In this document: positions 27,721 through 36,902 of the stretch, piece after piece
Position numbering within the stretch: the stretch's first letter is position 1
How the letters are laid out: every line of letters begins with the position of its first letter
Translations under genes and position numbers: made by a program
The notes under the pieces: generated by a model
Told to the model about the DNA's origin: nothing
Database searches by the model: none
The model's input: the letters and a program-made list of their open reading frames with translations, nothing else
Assembly: GCA_043719155.1 (NCBI GenBank)
Contig: JAYSUJ010000002.1
Coordinates: 1 to 53,333 of the forward strand
Source: a bacterium
Lineage (GTDB): Bacteria; Patescibacteriota; Minisyncoccia; Phycocordibacterales; UBA5272
Reading direction: 5' to 3'
DNA length: 53,333 nt

Positions 27721-27888
27721 CTACAACCGAACCGATAAACCTTGCTCAGTCTGCATCTCTTGTAGCTTTGCTTTATAAATATTTCGTCCGTTAATGTACG
27801 CCACTGTCACGAAAAAAGCAATAAGCAAGAGACAGATGCGGATGATGCTTCCCTTATTATTTTTGATAAATTCTACTAAATTGTTCAT
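27721..27888 (-). CDS. 55-aa single-TM small protein (MNNLVEFIKNNKGSIIRICLLLIAFFVTVAYING...), not in ORF track
   Basis: Hand-translated; A-rich leader like other host genes; co-oriented with neighbours. Confidence 0.55.
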   Translation of the reverse strand: MNNLVEFIKNNKGSIIRICLLLIAFFVTVAYINGRNIYKAKLQEMQTEQGLSVRL

Positions 27889-28003
27889 AAAATTTCTTTT
27901 TTTTAATTTAACTTTTTAATTTACTCTAATTAAACTTATCCAGCATTATACACTTTTACCCAAACAAAAAACAAGCTTGACAGGCCAAACCTGTATTTTA
28001 TTT

Positions 28004-28564
28004 CTATTTTACAGCAATTTCTTTACCTTTTATGGGCAGCCCCAGCTTCATTTTTTTCTCATTATTCAAATCACTTGTGATGTTTAGGTCCTCAGAAAAA
28101 GCGGTTATTTGCATTAGTAAATTTTCAGCATTATAGGCCATTTTTTCCTGTATTTCTGCATTGGCCAAATCAAAGTTGCCCTCTTTTTTAAGCAAGTGTA
28201 GAGTTACGGCATGGGTTATTTCGTGTATGAGTGTATATTTGGAAAAACTCTCTACGACCATAAGGTCTTTGGTTGGATTATAAAACCCGCCAGTACTCCC
28301 TTTAAAAGTTGCCAAACAAAAAGTCAAAATGTCCCCGTCTACATGCTTTATTTCCCCACATTTCTTTATTTCGTAGGGCGATACTTCTTTGTTAACTGAA
28401 GCATCTATACGCCCAGATGTAGTGGCTAGGTTGTAGGCTTTAGAGCTACCTTTAGTGGCTTTCTGTTGTTGAAAAACCGAAAAAGCCTTATTTGAAAAGG
28501 CTAAAATTGAAATTGTACCAAACAAAAGTACACCCCAAAACACAAACTTTTTTACTCTCAACAT
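28004..28564 (-). CDS. Exported protein with HExxH zincin-like motif
   Basis: N-terminal signal/TM; GGFY..LIHEITHA..EKMAY. Confidence 0.65.
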   Translation of the reverse strand: MLRVKKFVFWGVLLFGTISILAFSNKAFSVFQQQKATKGSSKAYNLATTSGRIDASVNKEVSPYEIKKCGEIKHVDGDILTFCLATFKGSTGGFYNPTKDLMVVESFSKYTLIHEITHAVTLHLLKKEGNFDLANAEIQEKMAYNAENLLMQITAFSEDLNITSDLNNEKKMKLGLPIKGKEIAVK

Positions 28565-28691
28565 AATTTTAATTTTAAAGCATTACTCAAAGACTTTTAC
28601 TTACTCTAAAAATCTTTACTTTACAAAATACTTTATGTTGTTATAATAGCACAAAATTATACATCAGTCAATATCATTTGTACAGCTATTT

Positions 28692-29531
28692 TTAATGTAT
28701 TTTTTGTGAAAACACCCCTGATTCTTGGTCCTTTTCTTTTCTGGCGATATTTTGAATTTCAGAAAATTCTTTTAATTCTTGAAAACTTTTAAAAGTTCTG
28801 GTAGCAGTATCAAGCATTCCTCGCTCGTAAAATATTTCAGCCGAGTCTTCTGGTATCAACATTCTCCAGTCAAAACTTATTTTTTCTTTTTTCGATAAAA
28901 CTTGGTTTAGCTCATCAAAAATATTGGTGGTACAAGATGAAAACAAAGTGTTATAAAATTCTGGTTCTAAATGAGCTTTTTTAGCTCTTTCTAAAGACAC
29001 TTTAAACAACGCTTGTTTCTGGTTTTCAGACAATTTCAATTTGAAAGAATACAGCCTGTCGTCCCTCACCACAGTGCGCAAAGTCACAATATCTTTTTCA
29101 TCTACCAACATATAGAAAATATTGTATTTCTTGAAGATGCCGTAAAGTGGGTTGTAGCTGTCCCCCTCTACTTTTCTAGCCTCGACTGAAACCGATAAAA
29201 ATCTACCATCTTTAAAACCAAAAGTTAAAAAAGTATGGGCGGCTTGATAGCCCCAAAAAGGATTGACAAGGTAATAAACACTTTCAACTTGGTCCAAAGC
29301 ATAACTTCTTTCATCATATTTTATTTCATATTCTTTTTCTGACTGACCATAGCTAAAATTCTTGATTTTAGAAATTGTTACACTAGATGTAGCATTTGAA
29401 GAAAAAGTGATTTCAGGGGCTATTTTGGCGTCTACAGTCCAGTTTTTGTCATTGGTAGGAGTCAATAAAAACAAATAAACTATAAATACTACAACTGGTG
29501 CCAAAACTAATTTATAAATTTTATTTTGCAT
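28692..29531 (-). CDS. DUF4105 / Lnb N-terminal-domain-like membrane-anchored protein
   Basis: AHTFLTFGF, SVEARK, PEFYNTLFSSCTTNI motifs. Confidence 0.8.
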   Translation of the reverse strand: MQNKIYKLVLAPVVVFIVYLFLLTPTNDKNWTVDAKIAPEITFSSNATSSVTISKIKNFSYGQSEKEYEIKYDERSYALDQVESVYYLVNPFWGYQAAHTFLTFGFKDGRFLSVSVEARKVEGDSYNPLYGIFKKYNIFYMLVDEKDIVTLRTVVRDDRLYSFKLKLSENQKQALFKVSLERAKKAHLEPEFYNTLFSSCTTNIFDELNQVLSKKEKISFDWRMLIPEDSAEIFYERGMLDTATRTFKSFQELKEFSEIQNIARKEKDQESGVFSQKIH

Positions 29532-29533
29532 AC

Positions 29534-32146
29534 CTAGTACACTGACACAACTAACTCAGACACAGTGCCATCAGTATTTACTTTTGTCACTTTTTTCTCA
29601 CCATTGTCAGCATATGTATGACTGGACACACTTTCACAACTAGTAGCTGTTGCATTTTTTGTCATATTCAGATTTTCAATATTACCATCTCCCCAGTTTA
29701 GCTTTACACTTTCACATACACCATTTACTAACTCACCAGTAACTTTTATTTTTACAGACTTTTCTAGTTTAGTAACAAGTTGTAGCCCAGAACTTGACAG
29801 ACCAGCACTGGCATCAGATATTTTAAACATTTCAGAATACGACTCATTCAAAATCTTAGGACTGGTAGAGCCGGTAGGACAGTCCGTAAAACAAGCATTT
29901 CTGTTGTCATAAAAACTTGCCTTTACAAAGTACTCTGTGTCTTTAGATAAAACTACTCCATTGGCCAGTTTCTTTTCTACTTTCCAAGTATAGCTTCCAC
30001 TAGGAGTGTAGTATGTACCTAGGTCTGGGACTTTTGCAATAGTTCCCACCACCTCATACTTTTTAGTTTTAGAGCTCATGTTTACAACTTCCAAAAGTAC
30101 ACCCTCGCCATTGATGTCAGAGTTGTTTAACCAAGACAACTCTGTGCTTTTACCAAAAACTTTTTCTCCAGAACTTATTTCAACTTTTCTTTCAGTTTCA
30201 TTTATCTTTATGATGGCGCTTTGGTTATCCGTCTGATACACATTTGAATATGTGTCGACGGTTAAAGTTATTGGGTATGTGCTGTAGGTCTTGTTCAAAG
30301 AAATTACAACCCTAAACTTATTTACCACTTCTTGCCCAGGTGAGAGTGTTATGTACTCATCTTTTAAGGTTAAGCAAGTCGGCGCAGGATTGTACCCAAA
30401 ATAGTCGTAAAGATCTACACCATTTGCACGCAAAATATCACCTTCATAGTTATCACAAACTGTTTTCTTGTAAGTTATACTAAAAAATCTTGAGTTATTT
30501 TTATGTATTACAGAAACCACCATTGTGTCACCTTTTTTATACTCTACTTTATCTGTTTTTACAAAAATATTTAAACCTTCTTCACTTGCCGTATTCGGAG
30601 TTGTCTTTGGGATTTCACCCACCCTAAACTTAGTTTCTTTTGCTAACATAAGTATTCCATACAAGTTATTCGCAAAAACTAATCTGAAAGTTTTGCTACC
30701 ATTAGTCATACCAGTTGGAACATAAGTTTCAAAACTTGTAGCAATACTTTCCCCGTTTTTTAGTGTTTTGAAAGATTGCTGACCACTAGTTAAAGTGCAG
30801 ACATTTTTTTTAACAGAAAAAACATCTTCATAGTTTTTACCCTCAAACTGCAAGGCAAAAGGAGAGGTTTCTACACAGGGAAAACTGTTGTAATAATAAA
30901 CATCATGACCGGAGTTATTTTTAGCCTCAGCTTTTATAGTTATCTTGTCTCCAACGTTATAACTAGACTTGTCTGTTGTGACTGACGCATCCAGCAGCAC
31001 ATTACCACTTGGTATAGGCTCTACCCTCAGAGTTTTAGAAACATTTACACCATCATTTTTAAGGCAGCTTAAAGTAAAGTTCATAGGGTAATTTGTAACG
31101 TTTAAATTTTCCCCACCAAAGTTTATAGCTTCTTTGTCTCTAAAACCATCTCCACTGATTGTACAACTTTTTACATTTAAAGTAGACCAAGAAATATAAG
31201 TATTCCCTTCACAAGGGGTAGAGCCTTTTACCTGTGTACCAAAAAGTCTTTTGCTAGAGGAACTAAATGCAGGTGCAGCACCTGTACAAACAGCTTTTAT
31301 GTTTGCACCATATCGCTCGGCTTTAAAACTAGTTATACCCTCTTCACTTCCTCTGTTGCCAGCACCCAAGAGTATACCAGCAGCCCGACTACCAGTTCCG
31401 CAAACCACATTAAAAGTTTCGTTGACAGTTTTAGCTGAGACTATTTTTGTACCGCTTGTCGCCACTTTTTCCCCATTTATTGCACATTCATCCACATTTT
31501 CGGCCTGCCAGTTTATTTCAGCTTTTTGACCTATCTCTAGGGCTGACGGATTTATAGATGCATTTAAGCTGGGTGCCGGGGGTATAGCTTGGTTGGGCGA
31601 GATAAAAATTTCTTTTTTAAAGTTGTTCTTATTAACATCATCACAAGCTATCTCCAATTTCAAGCCTCTGCTTACTTTAAAAACTTTTGTACCATTACTT
31701 TCTACACTCACCTCATTTAGCTTACAATTTAAAGCATTTTTAGACTCCCAATTTACAGTCACACCCTCTTCATTAGAACTAACAGGATAGAGGGACAAAG
31801 TCAGATCAGTTTTTATCTCTACTTTTGGCTCATATTTACACCACAAAGATTTTATTTTACTATATGTATCTGGACCGACTTTGCCAAAGGGGTACATGCC
31901 ATTTTGAGTTTGAAACTTTCGTACTGCTTGGGCTGTCTCATAGCCAAAAAAGCCACTGGCTACAACTTTTGGGTTTCCCTCTTTTTTTAAGACTTCTTGT
32001 AGCTTGCGTACATCCTCGCCAATGTCACCCCTGTAAATTTCTCTCTTAAAAGAGCTACAAAAGTCTGGATACTTTTCTGCACTGGCAGTTAAAGTGGATA
32101 TGGCTGATACTGAAAATAGTGTTACTAAAATTAATAATTTATTCAT
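29534..32146 (-). CDS. Secreted peptidoglycan-binding-domain protein with Ig-like repeats
   Basis: GEDVRKLQEVL..GFFGYETAQAVRKFQ..GKVGPDT; TDKSSY/TDKVEY repeats; ATG 32146 gives a signal peptide. Confidence 0.85.
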   Translation of the reverse strand: MNKLLILVTLFSVSAISTLTASAEKYPDFCSSFKREIYRGDIGEDVRKLQEVLKKEGNPKVVASGFFGYETAQAVRKFQTQNGMYPFGKVGPDTYSKIKSLWCKYEPKVEIKTDLTLSLYPVSSNEEGVTVNWESKNALNCKLNEVSVESNGTKVFKVSRGLKLEIACDDVNKNNFKKEIFISPNQAIPPAPSLNASINPSALEIGQKAEINWQAENVDECAINGEKVATSGTKIVSAKTVNETFNVVCGTGSRAAGILLGAGNRGSEEGITSFKAERYGANIKAVCTGAAPAFSSSSKRLFGTQVKGSTPCEGNTYISWSTLNVKSCTISGDGFRDKEAINFGGENLNVTNYPMNFTLSCLKNDGVNVSKTLRVEPIPSGNVLLDASVTTDKSSYNVGDKITIKAEAKNNSGHDVYYYNSFPCVETSPFALQFEGKNYEDVFSVKKNVCTLTSGQQSFKTLKNGESIATSFETYVPTGMTNGSKTFRLVFANNLYGILMLAKETKFRVGEIPKTTPNTASEEGLNIFVKTDKVEYKKGDTMVVSVIHKNNSRFFSITYKKTVCDNYEGDILRANGVDLYDYFGYNPAPTCLTLKDEYITLSPGQEVVNKFRVVISLNKTYSTYPITLTVDTYSNVYQTDNQSAIIKINETERKVEISSGEKVFGKSTELSWLNNSDINGEGVLLEVVNMSSKTKKYEVVGTIAKVPDLGTYYTPSGSYTWKVEKKLANGVVLSKDTEYFVKASFYDNRNACFTDCPTGSTSPKILNESYSEMFKISDASAGLSSSGLQLVTKLEKSVKIKVTGELVNGVCESVKLNWGDGNIENLNMTKNATATSCESVSSHTYADNGEKKVTKVNTDGTVSELVVSVY

Positions 32147-32153
32147 AGCTAAT

Positions 32154-33185
32154 TTAGTTTTTACGATTACGTAAGTGGTGATGCCTGTCATGCGCAAAGA
32201 GCAACAAAACTAGTCCAAGCAAAATGAAAGATATAGCCCCCCAAACTTTGTTAACCCAAGTGTTGTCAAACATACTGCCGCTTGGCAGTACCTCACCAAT
32301 TACTGTCGAGTTGCAGTCTATAACCCCAATATCTTTGTCTGAGGCTTGGTCTGCACTAGTATTTTTAACTCGCAATAGGTAGCTACCCTCAGCCAAAGTT
32401 TTCTCTGGTATGACTACAGCAAAAGTTTTGTTAATACCCACCACTTCATTTACTTTTTTTTCAAACATTACACTTTGTGTCTTGTCCAAGACAGACACTT
32501 CGTACTTGCCTTGCACACTCTTGTCAGCTCCTGCCAATAAATCAATATTGAAATTGTAAGCGCTGTCTTTACATAAAATAGTCTCGCCTGAAAGGGTAAA
32601 AGCCGCTGACTTTTTCTTAACAATTGGGGTCACAGTTTTTATCACATCAACACTTGCGGTAATAGACTTAGGTGTATCTACCATCCCGCCAATAGAAAGC
32701 AGAATTTCTTTTTTCTCTATACCCGTATCTACATTGTCAGAGTCCAAAGCTTGGCCACCCAAGATATTTACATAGGCCTGTCCATTTTTAACTGCAGTGA
32801 ATGTGTATTTTACAAAGTTACTGCTGGCTGCCAGCCCTTTTGGGTAGCCAGCAGTACGCACTATTATTCCCTCGCTAGTGTCAGTTAGCTGGTATGGCAC
32901 CTCACGAAGTGGTATGGCCGACTCGTCGCCAAACTCAGCACTTTTAAATTTAAGTTTTTCTGCGTCATAGGAAAGTTTAGAAGAAACTGTAAAGACTGGG
33001 TTAGCTGCGTCTGGACGTATACGCAAACTAATGGTTACATCTTGTCCTACGTTTGGCTCTAGCTCACTCACCAAGACATTGGTCGGCATGGGTGCGGCCA
33101 AAACAGCTGTGAAGAATAGACCTGCTAAAGACGCAGCTAGACCGAGAGATTTTAAATTTTTACTAAATGTATTTCGTACTTGCAT
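32154..33185 (-). CDS. Cohesin-like domain protein with C-terminal TM anchor
   Basis: VGQDVTISL..LSYDAEKLKF..G..FTAVKNGQA..ALDSD; hydrophobic C-terminus. Confidence 0.7.
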   Translation of the reverse strand: MQVRNTFSKNLKSLGLAASLAGLFFTAVLAAPMPTNVLVSELEPNVGQDVTISLRIRPDAANPVFTVSSKLSYDAEKLKFKSAEFGDESAIPLREVPYQLTDTSEGIIVRTAGYPKGLAASSNFVKYTFTAVKNGQAYVNILGGQALDSDNVDTGIEKKEILLSIGGMVDTPKSITASVDVIKTVTPIVKKKSAAFTLSGETILCKDSAYNFNIDLLAGADKSVQGKYEVSVLDKTQSVMFEKKVNEVVGINKTFAVVIPEKTLAEGSYLLRVKNTSADQASDKDIGVIDCNSTVIGEVLPSGSMFDNTWVNKVWGAISFILLGLVLLLFAHDRHHHLRNRKN

Positions 33186-33207
33186 ATATTTATTTAATTT
33201 ACTCTCT

Positions 33208-34140
33208 TTATTTTAGCCCTACCTTTGTTCCCCAGTAGATCATGATAATGTTAAAGTCCAGCAAGCTGACCAACCCGTCACAGTTTAGGTCAGCTTTGTT
33301 AGCCACTTTACACCTGTCAGGCTTGGACAAACCCTTATCTACAGATGCACTTTTACCCCAGTTTACCATTAGCTGGTTGTAGTCCAGCAGGTCGACACTT
33401 CCTTTGTCGTCAATGTCGGCACGATAGTTGTTGGCATAGTCAGTTGTTTGATTTTGTGGCCCAGCTTGGGTTTGATACTCGCTAGCCTTAATGGTTTGGG
33501 TGTTTATTAAACTGTTTACAATGTTTAGATCGGGTATTATTCCGCCTCCGCCTCCGCCACCTCCACCACCTCCGCCGCTACTTGGTCCAGTTGGCGGCAC
33601 TCTATTTGGTATTATTTTCCAATCAGTCTTTACACAAGTATCTGCCCCACTGGCGCAATCAAACTTTATCCACCCTCCATAACTCCCTCCTGCCCAAGCA
33701 TAACCATTCAACTCGCTGCCTATTGATCCTGATGTACTGATGGCCCCAACTCTACCAACACTAGTTGAAGTAGAGATACCAAAATTTATCCATCCTGAAA
33801 TCTGTGACCAAGCCATGCCACTGGCAACTCCTGTATTTGGGTCAAAGACAACCCCTTCTGTACCTGTTACATTCATGTTTATCCACCCCAATTCATTTCC
33901 CCACGCATAGCCATTAAGCACACCATTCGTATCAATAGTTATAGGTGTAAGTCCAGTTGGTATTTGTGGTGCCCAATTTATTTTTCCAGCTTGTCCTACA
34001 GAACAAGCAGAGTCGTGACAAACCAATGAATATTTAGAGGTCGCGTCAATTGTTCCATTTGAGGCATCAGCTAAAACCATGTTTGAAATTGAAGCGATTA
34101 ATAATAATGTAAAACTTACAAGAGAAATTTTTCTGTTCAT
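33208..34140 (-). CDS. Secreted GYAW/GWI-repeat protein with poly-Gly linker and dockerin-like EF-hand pair
   Basis: GYAWGNELGWI repeats; ADIDDKGSVDLLDY..NWG and ADLNCDGLVSLLDF..YWG. Confidence 0.78.
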   Translation of the reverse strand: MNRKISLVSFTLLLIASISNMVLADASNGTIDATSKYSLVCHDSACSVGQAGKINWAPQIPTGLTPITIDTNGVLNGYAWGNELGWINMNVTGTEGVVFDPNTGVASGMAWSQISGWINFGISTSTSVGRVGAISTSGSIGSELNGYAWAGGSYGGWIKFDCASGADTCVKTDWKIIPNRVPPTGPSSGGGGGGGGGGGGIIPDLNIVNSLINTQTIKASEYQTQAGPQNQTTDYANNYRADIDDKGSVDLLDYNQLMVNWGKSASVDKGLSKPDRCKVANKADLNCDGLVSLLDFNIIMIYWGTKVGLK

Positions 34141-34302
34141 GAAAAAAGTATACAGCCATCTATTTTTTTTTCTAAATTTTTTTGTTGATAACTTTGTTAA
34201 AATACAAAATTCTTACCGAAAAAGCTCCTTACCCCCTAAAGAGTTATTATTCCCCTACATGATCAGAAAACAAAAAACCTCTTCTCTAGGGGTGAGTGTG
34301 TT

Positions 34303-34423
34303 TTACTTATCAACATTTACAACTTCTCCCGCCTGTCTTCTAATTGTTCTCATGGTTCCCTCTCTAACTTCTTAAAATTTTCACAATTTCTTGTCCTGAT
34401 AGCACTTTGAAAATCTTTGGCAT
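34303..34423 (-). pseudogene. hicA: hicA pseudogene with internal deletion
   Basis: MPKIFKVLSGQEIVKIL joined out of frame to EVREGTMRTIRRQAG; the GSH core is missing; 121 bp. Confidence 0.75.
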
Positions 34424-34429
34424 ATTAAA

Positions 34430-34639
34430 TTAATTAGGAACTTTATCTGAATAAAGAATAGTAAAATATGGAGATTTCACTGGCTCATCTTCAAAATATA
34501 GTTCAACAGCTTCTTTGATGTTTTTAAGTAAAATATCCAATGTCTCTCCTTGTGTTACAATCCCAAAATTTCCTCCATCTGCTGTGTATACGCCATCCTC
34601 AAAAAAAACATTAAAATTAATTAGATTGTTTATGTTCAT
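34430..34639 (-). CDS. hicB: HicB-like antitoxin
   Basis: EDGVYTA..IVTQGETLDILLKNIKEAVELYFE; paralogous to 12263-12472. Confidence 0.85.
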   Translation of the reverse strand: MNINNLINFNVFFEDGVYTADGGNFGIVTQGETLDILLKNIKEAVELYFEDEPVKSPYFTILYSDKVPN

Positions 34640-34845
34640 GATTATATCATATAATACGTGCTATCGGCCTTTTTATTACATTTTCTCCCAACTACAAGGG
34701 CACCAAGTGCTTTAGCACAAAACCCCTCTTGCGAAGGAGGTTTTGTTTTTTCCTTGAAACCTTTAATCTTTCAGAAAATAATTTTAGTTAAATACATTTG
34801 ACTAAATTTTGACTGAAATTATTTCTTGATATAATATGAGAAATT

Positions 34846-35241
34846 ATGAAAAATTTTACGAAATGGTTTGATTTAAAAAGTAATCTAAATTTCAAAGAAT
34901 ACATCCCAGAAACTTCTGAAATTTATTTCAGAGAAAGAGAGATATGGTTTGCAAGTATTGGTTTAAATATTGGCATAGAAGAGGATGGCAAGAATGGTCT
35001 TTTTGAAAGACCTGTTTTAATTTTAAAAAAATTTAATCAAAAAATGTTATTGATAATCCCATTAACGACACAAGTAAAAGAATTCAAATACCAAGCTCAA
35101 TACAAATTAAATGGAATTATTTATGGTGCAAAACTTAGTCAGATAAAACTAATCGACTCAAAAAGACTTTTAAGGAAGGTAGAAATTTTAGATGGGGAGC
35201 AATTTAAAATTATAAAAAATAAATTCTTAAAAATGTTTTAG
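34846..35241 (+). CDS. PemK/MazF-family toxin, no adjacent protein antitoxin
   Basis: EREIWFASIGLNIGIEEDGK..FERPVLILKK..IPLTT..LSQIKLIDSKRL. Confidence 0.88.
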   Translation: MKNFTKWFDLKSNLNFKEYIPETSEIYFREREIWFASIGLNIGIEEDGKNGLFERPVLILKKFNQKMLLIIPLTTQVKEFKYQAQYKLNGIIYGAKLSQIKLIDSKRLLRKVEILDGEQFKIIKNKFLKMF

Positions 35242-35333
35242 AGTCCTTAACAAAAACAAAAAACCTCTTACGGGTTTTTCTCGGAGTCTTGCGACCATAG
35301 TCATAAGTTATATGAATAGCTTATGTTAACTAA

Positions 35334-35361
35334 AGTATATCCCAAATTCATTTTTTGTCAA
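35334..35361 (-). promoter_or_regulatory. Sigma70 promoter convergent on toxin 1
   Basis: TTGACA-16 bp-TATACT on the minus strand. Confidence 0.7.
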
Positions 35362-35503
35362 CCAAATTTTTTTCAACCACAAGGGCACCAAGTGCTTTAG
35401 CACAAAACCCCCTCTTTACTAGCCAAAATTATATCTTGACATATAAGAGTTAGTTTTGCAAAATATACTGGTTTGGTAAGTTGTTTTTTGCTATAATCAC
35501 AAA

Positions 35504-35908
35504 ATGAAGAATACAGAACTCCTGCTAAATATAGTTGAACAATATTTTAAACTTAAAGATGGGGAACTAATCGAAAAACACTTAGAATTAATAAAAATTT
35601 TCAATAGAAGTGAACAACAAATTTTAATTAGCAGAAAAGCATTGAAACATTTTGTAGAGAGCAGAAAACGTGAACTATCAATCAATCATTCAGACAAAAA
35701 TATTATAGAACTACTTAAGTTTGCTATTTCAAATATTGAAAATGTATTTACAAGCTATGATTCTGCGGATATAGGTGAACAAGGTAGAAAAATATTGTCC
35801 AAAGACTATTCCAATTTAGGATTTCCTCACCTGCGTATAGTCTACGATGAAAAAAATAATAACTTAGAAATTGTATCCATCCATTTCAGAAAAAATAGAA
35901 GAAATTAA
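35504..35908 (+). CDS. Hypothetical 134-aa protein, possibly a RelE/barnase-like (BECR-fold) nuclease
   Basis: ALKHFVESR motif and LRIVYD..LEIVSIHF C-terminal strands; toxin-array context; TGcTATAAT upstream. Confidence 0.55.
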   Translation: MKNTELLLNIVEQYFKLKDGELIEKHLELIKIFNRSEQQILISRKALKHFVESRKRELSINHSDKNIIELLKFAISNIENVFTSYDSADIGEQGRKILSKDYSNLGFPHLRIVYDEKNNNLEIVSIHFRKNRRN

Positions 35909-36034
35909 AAAACCCAATTTTATTTGGGTTTTTTAATTAGTTAGAGGGAGCGGCAGGGTTGCCCCGGTTTCCCTATGAGTACCTTCTTGCGAAAGTCCGC
36001 AGCAAGCCGATTTTCTGTCGTCTAACTGTTAAGG

Positions 36035-36063
36035 AGTATATACCTAGACATGTCTTTTGTCAA
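36035..36063 (-). promoter_or_regulatory. Sigma70 promoter convergent on gene 2
   Basis: TTGACA-17 bp-TATACT on the minus strand. Confidence 0.75.
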
Positions 36064-36222
36064 CCACAAGGACACCAAGTGCTTAGCACAAAACCCCCTG
36101 CTTTCGCAGGGGGGTTTGTTTTTTCCTTGAAACTTTTAAACTTTCAGAAAATAATTTTAACTGATTGAGTAAGGGTTAGTTGGTAAGTTGTAAATGGCTC
36201 ATGATTTTGTTAAAATAGACGA

Positions 36223-36606
36223 ATGAATAAAGATTTCAAAAATTGGAATATTCTAAAACAAGAAATAGAAAAAAGTGAGGTGGAGATTTTTGCAAATAAG
36301 CGTGAAATTTGGTGGGCACATATTGGAACAAATATTGGCTCTGAAGTTTGTGGAAAGAACCAACCTTTTGAGAGACCTGTTTTAATACTAAAGGTTTTTG
36401 CTAAAAATTTAATATTGGTTGCACCACTTACTACAAAATTTAAAAACACCAAAAATCATATCGTGATTAAAGTTGGAGAAAATACCTCTTATTTAATGGT
36501 AGAACATACAAAAACTATTAGCACTAAGAGGTTGTCCAGAAAAATTAGCAAACTTGGGGAAACTATTTTTTCTGAAATTTACAAAAAATATAAAGAATTA
36601 TTTTAA
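36223..36606 (+). CDS. PemK/MazF-family toxin, no adjacent protein antitoxin
   Basis: REIWWAHIGTNIGSEVCGK..FERPVLILK..APLTT..KTISTKRL. Confidence 0.88.
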   Translation: MNKDFKNWNILKQEIEKSEVEIFANKREIWWAHIGTNIGSEVCGKNQPFERPVLILKVFAKNLILVAPLTTKFKNTKNHIVIKVGENTSYLMVEHTKTISTKRLSRKISKLGETIFSEIYKKYKELF

Positions 36607-36660
36607 AATCGAAAAGTCCCTTTCGGGACTTTTCTCGGAGCCTTTCGGCCATGTGTGGAC

Positions 36661-36688
36661 AGTATACCAAGTCCATATTTTTTGTCAA
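36661..36688 (-). promoter_or_regulatory. Sigma70 promoter convergent on toxin 3
   Basis: TTGACA-16 bp-TATACT with extended TG on the minus strand. Confidence 0.72.
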
Positions 36689-36902
36689 CCAAACTTTTTT
36701 CAACCACAAGGGCACCAAGTGCTTTAGCACAAAACCCCCTGCTTTCGCAGGGGGTTTTGTTTTTTCCTTTAAACTTTTATTCTTTCAGAAAATAGTTTTA
36801 GTTAAATATATTTGACTATATTTTGGCTGAAATTATATCTTGATATAAACTTCGTTTCACTCACAAAAGAAAATAAATTTTCTTTTGATTCGCTACACTA
36901 GA

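Larger units (their letters stand above)
34689..36850. repeat. Four direct repeats (starting about 34689, 35374, 36061, 36701), core caaccacaagggcaccaagtgctttagcacaaaacccc, extending up to about 140 bp
   Basis: Read directly; copies 1, 3 and 4 include the hairpin aaaacccc..ggttttg and ctttcagaaaata. Confidence 0.92.

Noticed and set aside
34689-36850. CRISPR array or classical integron
   Set aside because: The spacers are whole genes of 600-700 bp, no attC GTTRRRY/RYYYAAC ends were recognised, and there is no integrase.
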